From positions 64,001 through 128,000 of the forward strand of contig JAZDNO010000026.1 in the NCBI GenBank assembly GCA_043799545.1: a stretch of DNA of 64,000 nt. The letters run 5' to 3'. Origin of the DNA: Methanobacteriota archaeon (lineage in GTDB: Archaea; Thermoplasmatota; Thermoplasmata; SG8-5; DAIRED01). The notes below the pieces were generated by a model. That model saw only the letters and a list, made by a program, of their open reading frames with translations. It made no database searches and had not been told where the DNA came from. Both the position numbers and the translations under genes were made by a program. Numbering within the stretch: the stretch's first letter is position 1; each line of letters opens with the position of its first letter. This document shows, piece by piece, positions 47,509 to 57,175 of the stretch.

Positions 47509-50500
47509 TCAGACTTCGTACGCGCTCCCCTTCAACATCCACAGGTCGACATTTTCATTCTCGGGACTTCCCAGGATTTTATGGAGCAGCGAGCCGGGGA
47601 CGTCTTCGAGATAGAGGCCGAAGTTCACGCGCCAGCGGCCCATGTCCTTGCCGACCAGAACTGCCAGCGCAGGGACGTTCGCCTCGATTCTTCCGACTAG
47701 CTTGAGCTGCGCCGGGGCCGAGCTTCCTGGCGCCAGCTTGCCCAGCATCTTCGGCGTAGATACAATGCCGTAGCCCTCGAATCGCAGGTAGAGATGTTCG
47801 GGCACGCCGGAATCGAGCCGCGGGAACTTTGCCGGAGCTGATGGCCGGACGAGGTTTTCGGCGAATGCCTCCAGCGAGCCGACGAGCCATTCGAGTATCT
47901 GCCTGGCTGTTTCGCCACCCTCGATAATAAAAGAGAGAGACACCCCGCCGCCAACAGAACCGGAAGCATCCGTCAGTTCCACTTCAAGGAAGAACCTCAC
48001 CTCGATTACCGAAGCCTCGACCAGGTCCAGCACGTCCTCCACGAACTTCTCTATCGTGGCGCGGGCGATGCCCACAAAATATTCGAAGGACATCTGGAGC
48101 CCCCCGGCTTCGTCCCAGGCCGACCGGAACGCCCTTTCCAGGGTCGCCATCACGAGCTGCCTGAAGGTGGCGTTCCCCGCCCCGTTCGAGGCGTTGAGCG
48201 TGCCCTGGCGGAACGCCCAGTCGAGCGAGAGGTCTGCGTCTGCGGCGTTCGGGGAGCGCTGCCACGTCGAAGCTCCGCCAGTTTCCGGAATTATCTGGTT
48301 CCCGACGAACGCCCCGGGCGGCTCTTTGAGCCAGTGAGTCGAATCTACGACCGCGCCCGATGGGTTCGCGAGGCTGAGGCGGCAGCCGCCGTCATCGAGC
48401 CGCTCGTCGGGCATCCCGACCACGAGGAAACCCCTCGCCGGAATACTGGAGCCTTCCCCGAGAACCACCGTCCTGTTGCCAAGCGTTCCGTTGCTGCAAG
48501 TGAAAATGGACCAGCCAGAAAGGTCTGCTTGTTCCTTGAACGGGTTGAAAAGCTCGACGCGCTCGGTGCCGTTGTCGGAACCGCGGGGGTTGACCTCGAC
48601 CTCGTTTATCACGATATGGTCCGGGAGGAAGCCAGGCTCGGAGTACGCCACCTCGAACCCCGCGTCGACGCTGGCCTTCGCGCCCAGGAACGGAATCGGG
48701 ATGTTCTGCAGAACGGCGCCGACCCCGGCGATGTCCTGGAGCGAATATCCGAAAGTGTCGTACCTCCGCTCTGCGACCGGAAGCGCGAAATCCAGCTTCC
48801 ATCCAGGAGCCCCCCCGTGCGCTTCCACCATGAATTCGCTCGCGGCCATCAAAGGGTCGATGGCGATGTCGATGGCGAAGCCGCCTGCGCCGACTTTCGC
48901 ATCGAACAGAATGTCGTATTCCGAACCAGTCTGGTTTTTCGCTGCCCGCCCGAGCCTCAGAAGGCTCATGCCCATTCCGAGCCTGGCGCCCAGCAAATTG
49001 CCGCCGATTGTGAGGTCAAGGAGGGAAACGTCGTCGGCGGGGGAATTCTCATCCAGCGCCCCCTCCGGGTCGAACCGCGCTGTGAAACGGAAGCCGAACA
49101 GCTCGAAATCGATGGTAAGCCCGTCGGGCAGCCAGTCCAGCAACCAGCCCATGACTGAGTCGAGAACCTGCCTTGCGACGTCCTTGATGAACTCCTGCAG
49201 CATCTCCGCGGCCATCTGGACGACCTCCGAGATTATCTGCACTATGCGCTGGGCGCAGCTCAGGAGCCGGTTGAGAACGTTGCCCAGGATATCCACGAGT
49301 TTCGTGACCTGGTCAATGAGCCATTTTATCGGAGCCATAATAGTGTCCAGGACCCAGGAGAAAAATTCTTTGACCATGTCCGCAAGCCTCCCCAGGTCTC
49401 CGGCCAGGGTGGCGCTGTTCACGTATTCCACGCCCACCAGGTCCCATCCGGAATAGACGCAAATCGAGATGCTGAACGATATCGGGACCCGCGCCTTGGC
49501 CTCGGTCGCGGCGTGGCTGCCGTCGTAGAACAGGTCGCGCTTGTCGCTCGCCGTTTCCACCCCGACTTCTCCGGAAACAGTCAGAGACCATGTCGTTTCG
49601 AAGGGCCTCGCGTTGTATTTCAACAGGTCCGTGTAGTGAGTTCCAGTCGGTTCGGAAAGAGCGTATGAAAACTCGCCGTCGGGCGCTGCCAGTCCGCCTG
49701 AAACGTCGAATGCGCCCAAGTGCGAGGGGGACATCCGGACGCTCGGTCTCAGCTCGGCGATGACTCCGCCTTCGCTTTCGAGGGAGAAAACCGTCCCAAG
49801 CAGAGCAATCGGACGGAATGCCAGGTTCGCCACCTCGCCAGCTCCGACAATGGCTTTGATGCTCCGCAAGACGAAATCCTCGGCCGATGGAAAGAAACCC
49901 CAGTCATACGCCGCGCTGACGATTGTGTCGACAATGAAGTTGCCAGTCTCGAGCGCATCCGACTCCAACGCCTTGACGACGTATCCATTGCTCTGGCTGT
50001 ACGGCCCGACGAAGCGCGATTCCTCCATTGCCAGGTAAACGTAGCTCGATTGGGCGTAGGGGGTGGCAAACGAGTCCATGGCGGCGGCGTTCCCGTTGGC
50101 CAGCTCCGCCCGTATCGTCGGTTCTGCGGGAACTTCGTCGTAATCGTACGCCGGCCGTAGCTCGTCCACGTACCCTTGCGCCAGACCCGCCGCGTTGTAA
50201 ACATTGTATGTCAGGACGGAATCGCTGTACGTCGTGGCCAGCGTCGCATTGCCCCAGAGCGCCGCGGCGAGGCTCGAAGCGGCAGAATCCACTGCGGCGC
50301 CCTCGTCCGCGAAGTCGCCGTAATGCAGCGAAATGAACCGCGCCAGGTCTTCCTTCAGCTTTTCCTGCCTGCCTATGACGCCCATCATGATTCCTTTCAG
50401 GGCGGCCCTGTTTGACGAGTAGTACCCGAAGCATTCGCCGGAGGCCGAATCCAGCATCCCAGTCAGGTCGTCCAGGAGCGACGCGTTGTCCAGCGGGTCG

Positions 50501-52239
50501 GGGGCGAATGCCCCGCCGGCGAAGCCGGAAAGGCTCGTGTCCCGCGCGGCGAAGTATCCGGCAACCTCCGCCGCGGCGTAGCTGCAGAGAGCTTTGATTT
50601 CCTCTCTCAGGGTGTCGTAGGTCAGGTCGACGTTTTCCGAGTAATTGTTGGCGTAGAAATCGTTCCACAGCGCCTCGTTGCCAGACCGCGTGAGATCGGC
50701 CTCCTCGAACTTGACGAGATAGCCCGCGGCGAAGCCAGCCTGCGCGCTCGTCTTCGTGGTCAGGCTGTAATCGAGCGAGCGTATCGTCAGAAGATGCTCC
50801 GTCCCGATGACATCCCCCGTTGCGTTCCTCACTTCGGCCGCGTCTTCATCGACGAGCGCGTCGCAGAGCATTTGATAGCTCGCCGATGCATCGACTTCGG
50901 TCAGCACATCGCTGACCATCAAGTTCGGCCTCCCATCTCCGCCGTGCGGGACGAGCCTTTGAGGCACATCGGTTTGCCGGGGCGGATATGCGCTCCCGAG
51001 CAACCTCATTGTTTTGTCGGTCCAGCGCATCGCCTGACCGGCGCCGTCGACATCCTCTCCATCGTCGCTTCCCAGCCATTGGCATAGCGTTTTTGCCGTT
51101 CCCTCCACGGCCTCGGCCAGGCTAGCGACGACTCCGTATACCTTGTCCGCGGCCTTCATGATTCCCAAGTAGTCCAAGAGCTTGAGGATGAACTGGTCTA
51201 TTACCGCGTTGAAGCCCTGGGCCAGAATCATGTCGACAGGAACTTGGCGCGTGTCCAGCCCTCTGTGGAGGACCACGATGTCCGCAGGGTCGAGCGTGCC
51301 GTTCCATGCGTACTCCTGGACGAGCGAGCCGAGCGCACCGCCGTCTCCAAGCGCCGCAAGAGCGGCAGGGTCTGCGGCCCTCAAACGCCTGGCAATCTCC
51401 AGCACGACCCCCAGGTTCATAGCCAGCTCGACATCCGCCTGTGAAACGACTGAAGCGGTCGAACCGGGCGATCCCGCCAGCCCGCTGCCGTAGCCCTCAA
51501 GCACCTTGAACTGCGCCAGCGTCGTCAAGACGTATTTTACGACGCGCGCTATGGGGGAGAATGCTCCATCCCCTCCGGCTGCGATGGTGTCCAGCTTTGC
51601 CCGGAGGAGAGGATAGGGCGTCTGAATCTCCCGCTCGACCTCGATAGCCCTTTTCATTTTCATTCCATTCTCCGCCTCGACCGTCACTTCCGCGTGTCCT
51701 GCCACGGTGTAGAAAGACGGGAGCTCGGTTTCGTTCACCTCGTCCGGCCTTGCATTGTCGAGCGCGCTGCCCTCCGCCGCCGGAGCGTCTTCCTCCTGGC
51801 TCGTCACGATGTCCTCGCTGACGTTGCCGATGCTCTCCACAGAATCCACGCACGACCGGTCGCTCGGCATCACCCAGACCGAGCATTCCTCAAGCGTCAC
51901 TCTGCAACCGGAGAAGACCCCCGGAAAGGCGCCTGCCAGGTAGTCTGCGAAGCCGCTCTGGAATTCGCCGTCGATGCGCGTGGCGTTTTCGTAAAATTGA
52001 GTCGAGAGCGCCACCGCCCTCATGGCCTCCGAGTACGCAGCCGCCTCGATTTCCGAGCTGACCGATTCTGACACCCAGCTTAACCGCTCCAGGCTGAGGC
52101 GCGTTTCCCTGTCATCGGCGTAACGCTTCGTCAGCGCCGAGAGGTAGACCGTGCTCATTGTCGACAGCAGCAGTACCAGCACCGCCACGACGGCGAACGG
52201 TACGCGGCCCTTTGAATCCCAACGCTCGCCCCCGGCCAT
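47509..52239 (-). CDS. 1576-aa protein with prepilin-like N-terminus and lamin-tail domain
   Basis: KG|RVPFAVVAVLVLLL; VINEVEVNP...VELFNP...DLSGW lamin-tail motif near the C-terminus. Confidence 0.8.
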   Translation of the reverse strand: MAGGERWDSKGRVPFAVVAVLVLLLSTMSTVYLSALTKRYADDRETRLSLERLSWVSESVSSEIEAAAYSEAMRAVALSTQFYENATRIDGEFQSGFADYLAGAFPGVFSGCRVTLEECSVWVMPSDRSCVDSVESIGNVSEDIVTSQEEDAPAAEGSALDNARPDEVNETELPSFYTVAGHAEVTVEAENGMKMKRAIEVEREIQTPYPLLRAKLDTIAAGGDGAFSPIARVVKYVLTTLAQFKVLEGYGSGLAGSPGSTASVVSQADVELAMNLGVVLEIARRLRAADPAALAALGDGGALGSLVQEYAWNGTLDPADIVVLHRGLDTRQVPVDMILAQGFNAVIDQFILKLLDYLGIMKAADKVYGVVASLAEAVEGTAKTLCQWLGSDDGEDVDGAGQAMRWTDKTMRLLGSAYPPRQTDVPQRLVPHGGDGRPNLMVSDVLTEVDASASYQMLCDALVDEDAAEVRNATGDVIGTEHLLTIRSLDYSLTTKTSAQAGFAAGYLVKFEEADLTRSGNEALWNDFYANNYSENVDLTYDTLREEIKALCSYAAAEVAGYFAARDTSLSGFAGGAFAPDPLDNASLLDDLTGMLDSASGECFGYYSSNRAALKGIMMGVIGRQEKLKEDLARFISLHYGDFADEGAAVDSAASSLAAALWGNATLATTYSDSVLTYNVYNAAGLAQGYVDELRPAYDYDEVPAEPTIRAELANGNAAAMDSFATPYAQSSYVYLAMEESRFVGPYSQSNGYVVKALESDALETGNFIVDTIVSAAYDWGFFPSAEDFVLRSIKAIVGAGEVANLAFRPIALLGTVFSLESEGGVIAELRPSVRMSPSHLGAFDVSGGLAAPDGEFSYALSEPTGTHYTDLLKYNARPFETTWSLTVSGEVGVETASDKRDLFYDGSHAATEAKARVPISFSISICVYSGWDLVGVEYVNSATLAGDLGRLADMVKEFFSWVLDTIMAPIKWLIDQVTKLVDILGNVLNRLLSCAQRIVQIISEVVQMAAEMLQEFIKDVARQVLDSVMGWLLDWLPDGLTIDFELFGFRFTARFDPEGALDENSPADDVSLLDLTIGGNLLGARLGMGMSLLRLGRAAKNQTGSEYDILFDAKVGAGGFAIDIAIDPLMAASEFMVEAHGGAPGWKLDFALPVAERRYDTFGYSLQDIAGVGAVLQNIPIPFLGAKASVDAGFEVAYSEPGFLPDHIVINEVEVNPRGSDNGTERVELFNPFKEQADLSGWSIFTCSNGTLGNRTVVLGEGSSIPARGFLVVGMPDERLDDGGCRLSLANPSGAVVDSTHWLKEPPGAFVGNQIIPETGGASTWQRSPNAADADLSLDWAFRQGTLNASNGAGNATFRQLVMATLERAFRSAWDEAGGLQMSFEYFVGIARATIEKFVEDVLDLVEASVIEVRFFLEVELTDASGSVGGGVSLSFIIEGGETARQILEWLVGSLEAFAENLVRPSAPAKFPRLDSGVPEHLYLRFEGYGIVSTPKMLGKLAPGSSAPAQLKLVGRIEANVPALAVLVGKDMGRWRVNFGLYLEDVPGSLLHKILGSPENENVDLWMLKGSAYEV

Positions 52240-52758
52240 CTACGGCCTCCATGTGTGAAGGGTTATCCGCGCCCTGCCCGCATAGCCGTCGGCCATCTGC
52301 GGTTCTGAACTCGCCGAGAACCTCTGGATTCCCAGTTCGGAACCGATACTGAAGCTGGCGCTTCCGAGCGTTGCGTTTTCGTACACGCACTCGAGCCTCC
52401 ATTCCCTGCCGTCGGCGAGCAAACCTGCGATTTCCGATATATCGGCATTGCAGTTTTCAAAATTCGGGCTGTTGCTTGCCATCAACACAGCCAGTTCCTC
52501 CACGAGAACAGTCCCGACAGGCGCGCCCGGAACAATCACCACTTCCCCTTGGAGTGTGTAACTGGCGTTCGCCAATGTCGTTCGCATGAGCGCGCCCAGC
52601 ATCGTTCTTGCGTAGGCTATCTCGTCCGCCGCGTTCGACGCGCGCGTTTCCCTGGCGAGCATCCCTGAGTATGCGTACAGGGACGAGGATGCCACCATCA
52701 TTATCACTAGGAACGCCGTCGCGTCGAAGAGTGCGCTCTGGCCTCTGCGGTCGATCAT
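52240..52758 (-). CDS. Prepilin-like (class III signal peptide) protein
   Basis: MIDRRG|QSALFDATAFLVIMMV; ATGA overlap with the upstream gene. Confidence 0.75.
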   Translation of the reverse strand: MIDRRGQSALFDATAFLVIMMVASSSLYAYSGMLARETRASNAADEIAYARTMLGALMRTTLANASYTLQGEVVIVPGAPVGTVLVEELAVLMASNSPNFENCNADISEIAGLLADGREWRLECVYENATLGSASFSIGSELGIQRFSASSEPQMADGYAGRARITLHTWRP

Positions 52759-53231
52759 CTTCCCAGCCCCCAGGCTTCTACGGTGAGCAGAGCCGGTTTC
52801 ACAAAGCCTCCTTTGTCCACGAGGTTGCATGCCTTCGCAATCCGGACCTTTTCTCCTCCAGTGTACTCCAAATCCGAAGAGAAAATCCACGCATCTGCCC
52901 CGGACAAATCCGAGAATGTGGCCTTGTATCCGAAACCCATTTTAGAGGAATTATAGCGCGAATGGAACGTATCGGACGCGTTGGAATCCGAGAGCGATGC
53001 GATTTCGAACATCGCCAGCTTTCCGTTCCACGTCAATTCCGACTCCGCGCACAGCTGCACCGCGAAAGATTCGACGCGCTCCCGGTCGCGGATGGCCGAC
53101 TGGCGCGAACCGTACGAGGCGTACGCCTGGGCCGCGCTCGCCACGAACAGCGATATTGCTACCAACACCACCAGCAGCGCCGGAAGCTCCTCTGCGAAGC
53201 CCCCGACGCCCTTCCCGTCCCACCGCCTCAT
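52755..53231 (-). CDS. Prepilin-like (class III signal peptide) protein
   Basis: MRRWDGKG|VGGFAEELPALLVVLVAISLF. Confidence 0.75.
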   Translation of the reverse strand: MRRWDGKGVGGFAEELPALLVVLVAISLFVASAAQAYASYGSRQSAIRDRERVESFAVQLCAESELTWNGKLAMFEIASLSDSNASDTFHSRYNSSKMGFGYKATFSDLSGADAWIFSSDLEYTGGEKVRIAKACNLVDKGGFVKPALLTVEAWGLGR

Positions 53232-53265
53232 TCCACTCCGAGAAAGGAAACGGTGTAAAAAAAGA

Positions 53266-54327
53266 TTACTTTCTGTAATTCTGCAATTCTATCTTTACAT
53301 CTGAATTTTCAGTGCTTGCCCACTCCATCTTGCCGCGTGTCTTCGCCCTCAGCTCCCTGATGGCCTCCATCGATTCCTCGGTCAGCCTTTCCCATTCGTA
53401 GCTCTCCGGCTCGCTGCACCAGGCGCGCACGAGTTCCTTCCTGTCCTCCTCCGAGAGCGAGCCGACGATTAGCCAGAAGTCGTACATCTCGTAGTAGAGG
53501 CTGCGCTCCTTCGTCTCCCGCCCAGTGACCGCCATCGCCGTCCAGTCCGCGATTCCTTCGTCTATCCACTCGCAGCGCAAACGCGTTCCTGGCTTTTTCT
53601 TCTCGTGCACGTATGCGTGCGCGTGCTCGTGGACTTCGTGGAACTCCCCCGCTTTCTCGTGGAGCAGGATCCCTTCCGGCACTGGCGTCCCGTCCGGCAT
53701 CGAGGAGCTTCGCGGCATGAACAAAGCGCTCAACGCGATGAACGCCGGGACAGGCGGGGCGACTGCGTCGAAGAGGTGGCAGTCCGCGCAGTTCGTGCGT
53801 TTGGCCTGGGGCGCGCCCTCGATTTCAAGCCACGAAGGATAGTAAGCCAGATGCGCGAAGAATGTGTCGATGAGCTTTCTCTGGAGGAGGTTCCATTTCA
53901 TGGAAAAGTCTATCGCCTTTGCGAAGTCCCGCATGTCTTCCTCGCCGTACGTTTCGAGCTCCGCCAGCAGAATATCGATGCCCTCGAACTGAGCCCTCAT
54001 CAGGTTCCTGAAATCGCCGCTGTAGCAGAATGTGCCGGGTGTACCTTCGTGGCCGGAAACGCAATGCCGCCAGGCTGCGAGATAAGAACGCGCGGAATCC
54101 AGCATCTCCCTCGCCTCGCCGTAACGTCCCAGGATTCTCTTTTGCACAGCCAGCTTCTGCATGAAATCCGCCCTGCAGATGGAAGTCGGATACGGCACGT
54201 ACTCTCCGATTCCCAGCGCCTCCTCCAAACCTCCTCGCATCCTGAACTCGGACGGGCGCGCGGGCTTTTGCGAAACGATTTCGACCAGCCCGCCGCAACC
54301 GGGCAATTTCCGGGCCACCACCCTCAC
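53266..54327 (-). CDS. Hypothetical protein with gluzincin-like HEXXH...E motif
   Basis: HEHAH followed 19 residues later by EGIADW; GTGA overlap with the GNAT gene. Confidence 0.65.
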   Translation of the reverse strand: MRVVARKLPGCGGLVEIVSQKPARPSEFRMRGGLEEALGIGEYVPYPTSICRADFMQKLAVQKRILGRYGEAREMLDSARSYLAAWRHCVSGHEGTPGTFCYSGDFRNLMRAQFEGIDILLAELETYGEEDMRDFAKAIDFSMKWNLLQRKLIDTFFAHLAYYPSWLEIEGAPQAKRTNCADCHLFDAVAPPVPAFIALSALFMPRSSSMPDGTPVPEGILLHEKAGEFHEVHEHAHAYVHEKKKPGTRLRCEWIDEGIADWTAMAVTGRETKERSLYYEMYDFWLIVGSLSEEDRKELVRAWCSEPESYEWERLTEESMEAIRELRAKTRGKMEWASTENSDVKIELQNYRK

Positions 54328-54803
54328 CTCTCCGCGCGGTCCAGCCGCCTCTCCATCATCAGCAGCTCCTCGTCCATGCCGGCCTTCCTGTAGAATTCGA
54401 GAGCCCTGAGATTCTTCGGCTTGACCGGGATGTGCATCGCAACGACGCCGCGCCGTTTGGCTTCCTCCATAAGGTTCTCCAGAAGCTTTGTTCCGAGCCC
54501 TTTCCCCCTCTGAGCTTCACGCACGTAGAGGTTGTTCAGGTAACCGCTCAACCCCCCGTGGAGGAACTCCGGGTATGCCCAGAAATCGGCCATCCCGACC
54601 AGATTTCCCTTCTCCTCGGCAACGACGATGTAATGCTTTTCGTCGCCGAGGCCTTGGCGGAGGACTTTTTTGAAAGCCGCTTTTGGCGGGGGGGTTTCCA
54701 TGAGCGTATCGTCCAGCTTGATGAGGTAGCCTTCGAACTCGTAGGCCATCTCGGCCATCTCGTCCACGTCCTTCAGCGTTGCGCGTCGGATTTTCATTTC
54801 CAT
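54324..54803 (-). CDS. GNAT N-acetyltransferase
   Basis: LYVREAQRGKGLGTKLL, ALEFYRKAG. Confidence 0.9.
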   Translation of the reverse strand: MEMKIRRATLKDVDEMAEMAYEFEGYLIKLDDTLMETPPPKAAFKKVLRQGLGDEKHYIVVAEEKGNLVGMADFWAYPEFLHGGLSGYLNNLYVREAQRGKGLGTKLLENLMEEAKRRGVVAMHIPVKPKNLRALEFYRKAGMDEELLMMERRLDRAER

Positions 54804-54819
54804 GCCTCCCTTCGCAGCA

Positions 54820-55899
54820 TCATTTGCCCACCGCCATCAATTCCCTCACCGGGGAGACCAGCTTCCCGCACCCGTGCCACAGCGGATCGCACGCCGGCAG
54901 GCCGTATGTCTTTTCCCACTCAGCGACTGCGGCGTCGGCTCCCGCCCTGTCCATCCCCTCGTGGTTGAGCGTCAGCGCGATGACGTCGGCGCCCGTGAAC
55001 GCCCTCACGAGCAGCCTCTCGGCCTCAATCGTGGACGGCGGCATGTTCAGCTCCGGATGATAGTTGCGGTGAGTCCTCCGCGGCGCGTGCTGCATCACGA
55101 CTCCAGATGGATGGCTCGCCATTGCGATCGCCCTGCTCCCGCATACGTACGCCGGATGAGACAAAGCTCCCTGGCCCTCGATTACGATAACTTCAGGCTT
55201 CTCGGCCTCCCAAGCGCACATTATCGCGTTCTCAAGCTCGCCGACGATGAAGTCGCCGGGAATCGAATCGAGAGGGACGCCGTACTTCGACCCCTGAAGC
55301 AGACCCGTCTGGCCAGTCGCCAAGAAAACCGTCTTGATGCCGTCTTTGTTCAGCGCGTCCGTGAGCTCCCAGGCGGTCGTGCGCTTGCCTATTGCGCTGT
55401 CCGTGCCCAGCACGGGAATCCGAAGCGCGGGGATGTGACGCGCGCGGTCCGCGAAATGGTGGCGCTGGCCGAGCGGCGGGGGCCTGCGAATGTCGAGAAG
55501 TGTCACGCCGTGTTCCTTTGCCAGCTGCGAGAGTTCCTGGTTCTCCGAGAGATATTCGTGAAGCCCCGACACCACATCCATGCCTGAGTCTATGGCTTTG
55601 CGAATCGCCGGCAAGAATTCAGGCGGCAGCATCCCGCCGACCGTGGCCACGCCTATGATGAGCGCCTTCGGCTTGGTCGTTTCCAAAGCTTCTGGCAGGG
55701 ATTTGAAGACGGGTATGCCGCTTCTTTTTCCGTCGATGATTTCGCCCGCGTCTTTTCCGGCCTTCGTGCTGTCCAGTATCCCGACGATGCGGTACTTGTA
55801 GGAGCGCCTGACGAGCCCCGCGGCGGTCTTGCCGGTGGTCGTGCCGAACTTGCCTTCGCAGAGGACTAGCGCGTCGAGCATCGCTGGCGAATCACACAT
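54820..55899 (-). CDS. DUF1611 family P-loop protein
   Basis: GKTAAGL, IVSGLH, GTDSAIGKRTT, ATGQTG, IEGQG. Real start near 55899/55881, not 56925. Confidence 0.88.
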   Translation of the reverse strand: MCDSPAMLDALVLCEGKFGTTTGKTAAGLVRRSYKYRIVGILDSTKAGKDAGEIIDGKRSGIPVFKSLPEALETTKPKALIIGVATVGGMLPPEFLPAIRKAIDSGMDVVSGLHEYLSENQELSQLAKEHGVTLLDIRRPPPLGQRHHFADRARHIPALRIPVLGTDSAIGKRTTAWELTDALNKDGIKTVFLATGQTGLLQGSKYGVPLDSIPGDFIVGELENAIMCAWEAEKPEVIVIEGQGALSHPAYVCGSRAIAMASHPSGVVMQHAPRRTHRNYHPELNMPPSTIEAERLLVRAFTGADVIALTLNHEGMDRAGADAAVAEWEKTYGLPACDPLWHGCGKLVSPVRELMAVGK

Positions 55900-55971
55900 G
55901 ATGGATAAGAAGCTTGGCAAAGTATATATTTTAACGCAACCTTTAAATTCCCCGAGCCGCTGACACATTTC

Positions 55972-57168
55972 ATGCACCCGAGCGAGGAGATTAGGGGGAC
56001 CATCGACTCGAAGCTCGCCGGCAGGAGAATCGTTCTTGGCATAACGGGCAGCATTGCCGCCGTCAACTGCGTCAAGCTTGCCAGGCTTCTCATCAGAAGG
56101 GGGGCGGACGTCATCCCCGTCATGTCGTACGCGGCGACGAAAATAGTGCATCCAGATGCAATCCATTTCGCCTGCGGGCGCAAACCAATCTTGGAGCTGA
56201 CGGGGGAGGCGGAGCACGTGTCGCTCTGCGGCCAGGTGCCGGACAAGGCCGACCTTCTCCTGATTGCCCCCGCAACGGCGAACACGATTTCCAAGATGGC
56301 CTGCGGGATAGACGACACCACCGTCACCACGTTCGCGACGACGGCAATCGGCACGGGAATCCCCGTCCTGGTCGTTCCGGCCATGCACGGGAGCATGTAC
56401 GGTCATCCGATTGTCCAGGAGAACATCGAACGGCTCAAGGCGATAGGCGTCCACTTCGCTGGACCGGTCATGGAGGCGCAGAGGGCGCGGATGGCTGAGG
56501 ACATCGAGGTGTCCTCCATGGTGGCCAGGGTGCTCTCGGGCATGCCGCTCGCTGGCAAAAGGGTCGCCATCATCTCCGGAGGTTTCTCTGCGCCCTGGGA
56601 CGACGTGCGCGCCATCACCAGCAAGGCCTCGGGCGAGACGGGCGTAGCGCTCGCGGTCGAAGCCTACGTGCGCGGCGCGGAGGTCCTGCTCCTCATGGCT
56701 GGTCAGGCTGAGATACCGGCTTTCATCAACAGCGACCGCGTGGACACAGTAGACGAGCTGTCGGAACTGGTCGGGGGGCTCCGCGCGGAGGCGATAATAG
56801 TGCCCGCGGCGATTCCGGATTACGCGCCGGAGCAGGTGAAAGGAAAGGTTTCCTCGGACAGCGAAAAGCTCAATCTGAGCTTGAAAAAGGTGCCGAAAAT
56901 TCTGGGAATCATCCGGAAGCAGCACAAGGGCGTCCTCGTCGGGTTCAAGGCCGAGTCAGGCGTCTCTGAAGCAGAGCTGGTGAAGCGCGCCAAGGCCAGG
57001 ATGAGGGAGCACAGGCTCGACCTCATCGTAGCGAACGACGTGAGAAAGGTCAAACCCGGCCAGGCCGACTCCGTCATAATCGGCGGGAAGACGCGCAACG
57101 TGAAGGGGACGAGGAAGGAGCTGGCCATCGCAGTGATTGACGAAGTCCAGCGGCTTCTGGAGAAGTGA
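55972..57168 (+). CDS. coaBC: Bifunctional phosphopantothenoylcysteine decarboxylase/synthetase
   Basis: GITGSIAA, APATANTISK, PAMH, VGFKAES, IVAND. Confidence 0.95.
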   Translation: MHPSEEIRGTIDSKLAGRRIVLGITGSIAAVNCVKLARLLIRRGADVIPVMSYAATKIVHPDAIHFACGRKPILELTGEAEHVSLCGQVPDKADLLLIAPATANTISKMACGIDDTTVTTFATTAIGTGIPVLVVPAMHGSMYGHPIVQENIERLKAIGVHFAGPVMEAQRARMAEDIEVSSMVARVLSGMPLAGKRVAIISGGFSAPWDDVRAITSKASGETGVALAVEAYVRGAEVLLLMAGQAEIPAFINSDRVDTVDELSELVGGLRAEAIIVPAAIPDYAPEQVKGKVSSDSEKLNLSLKKVPKILGIIRKQHKGVLVGFKAESGVSEAELVKRAKARMREHRLDLIVANDVRKVKPGQADSVIIGGKTRNVKGTRKELAIAVIDEVQRLLEK

Positions 57169-57175
57169 ACTCTGG

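Noticed and set aside
55900-56925. N-terminal 340-aa extension of the DUF1611 ORF
   Set aside because: Antisense to coaBC; family motifs begin only after 55899.
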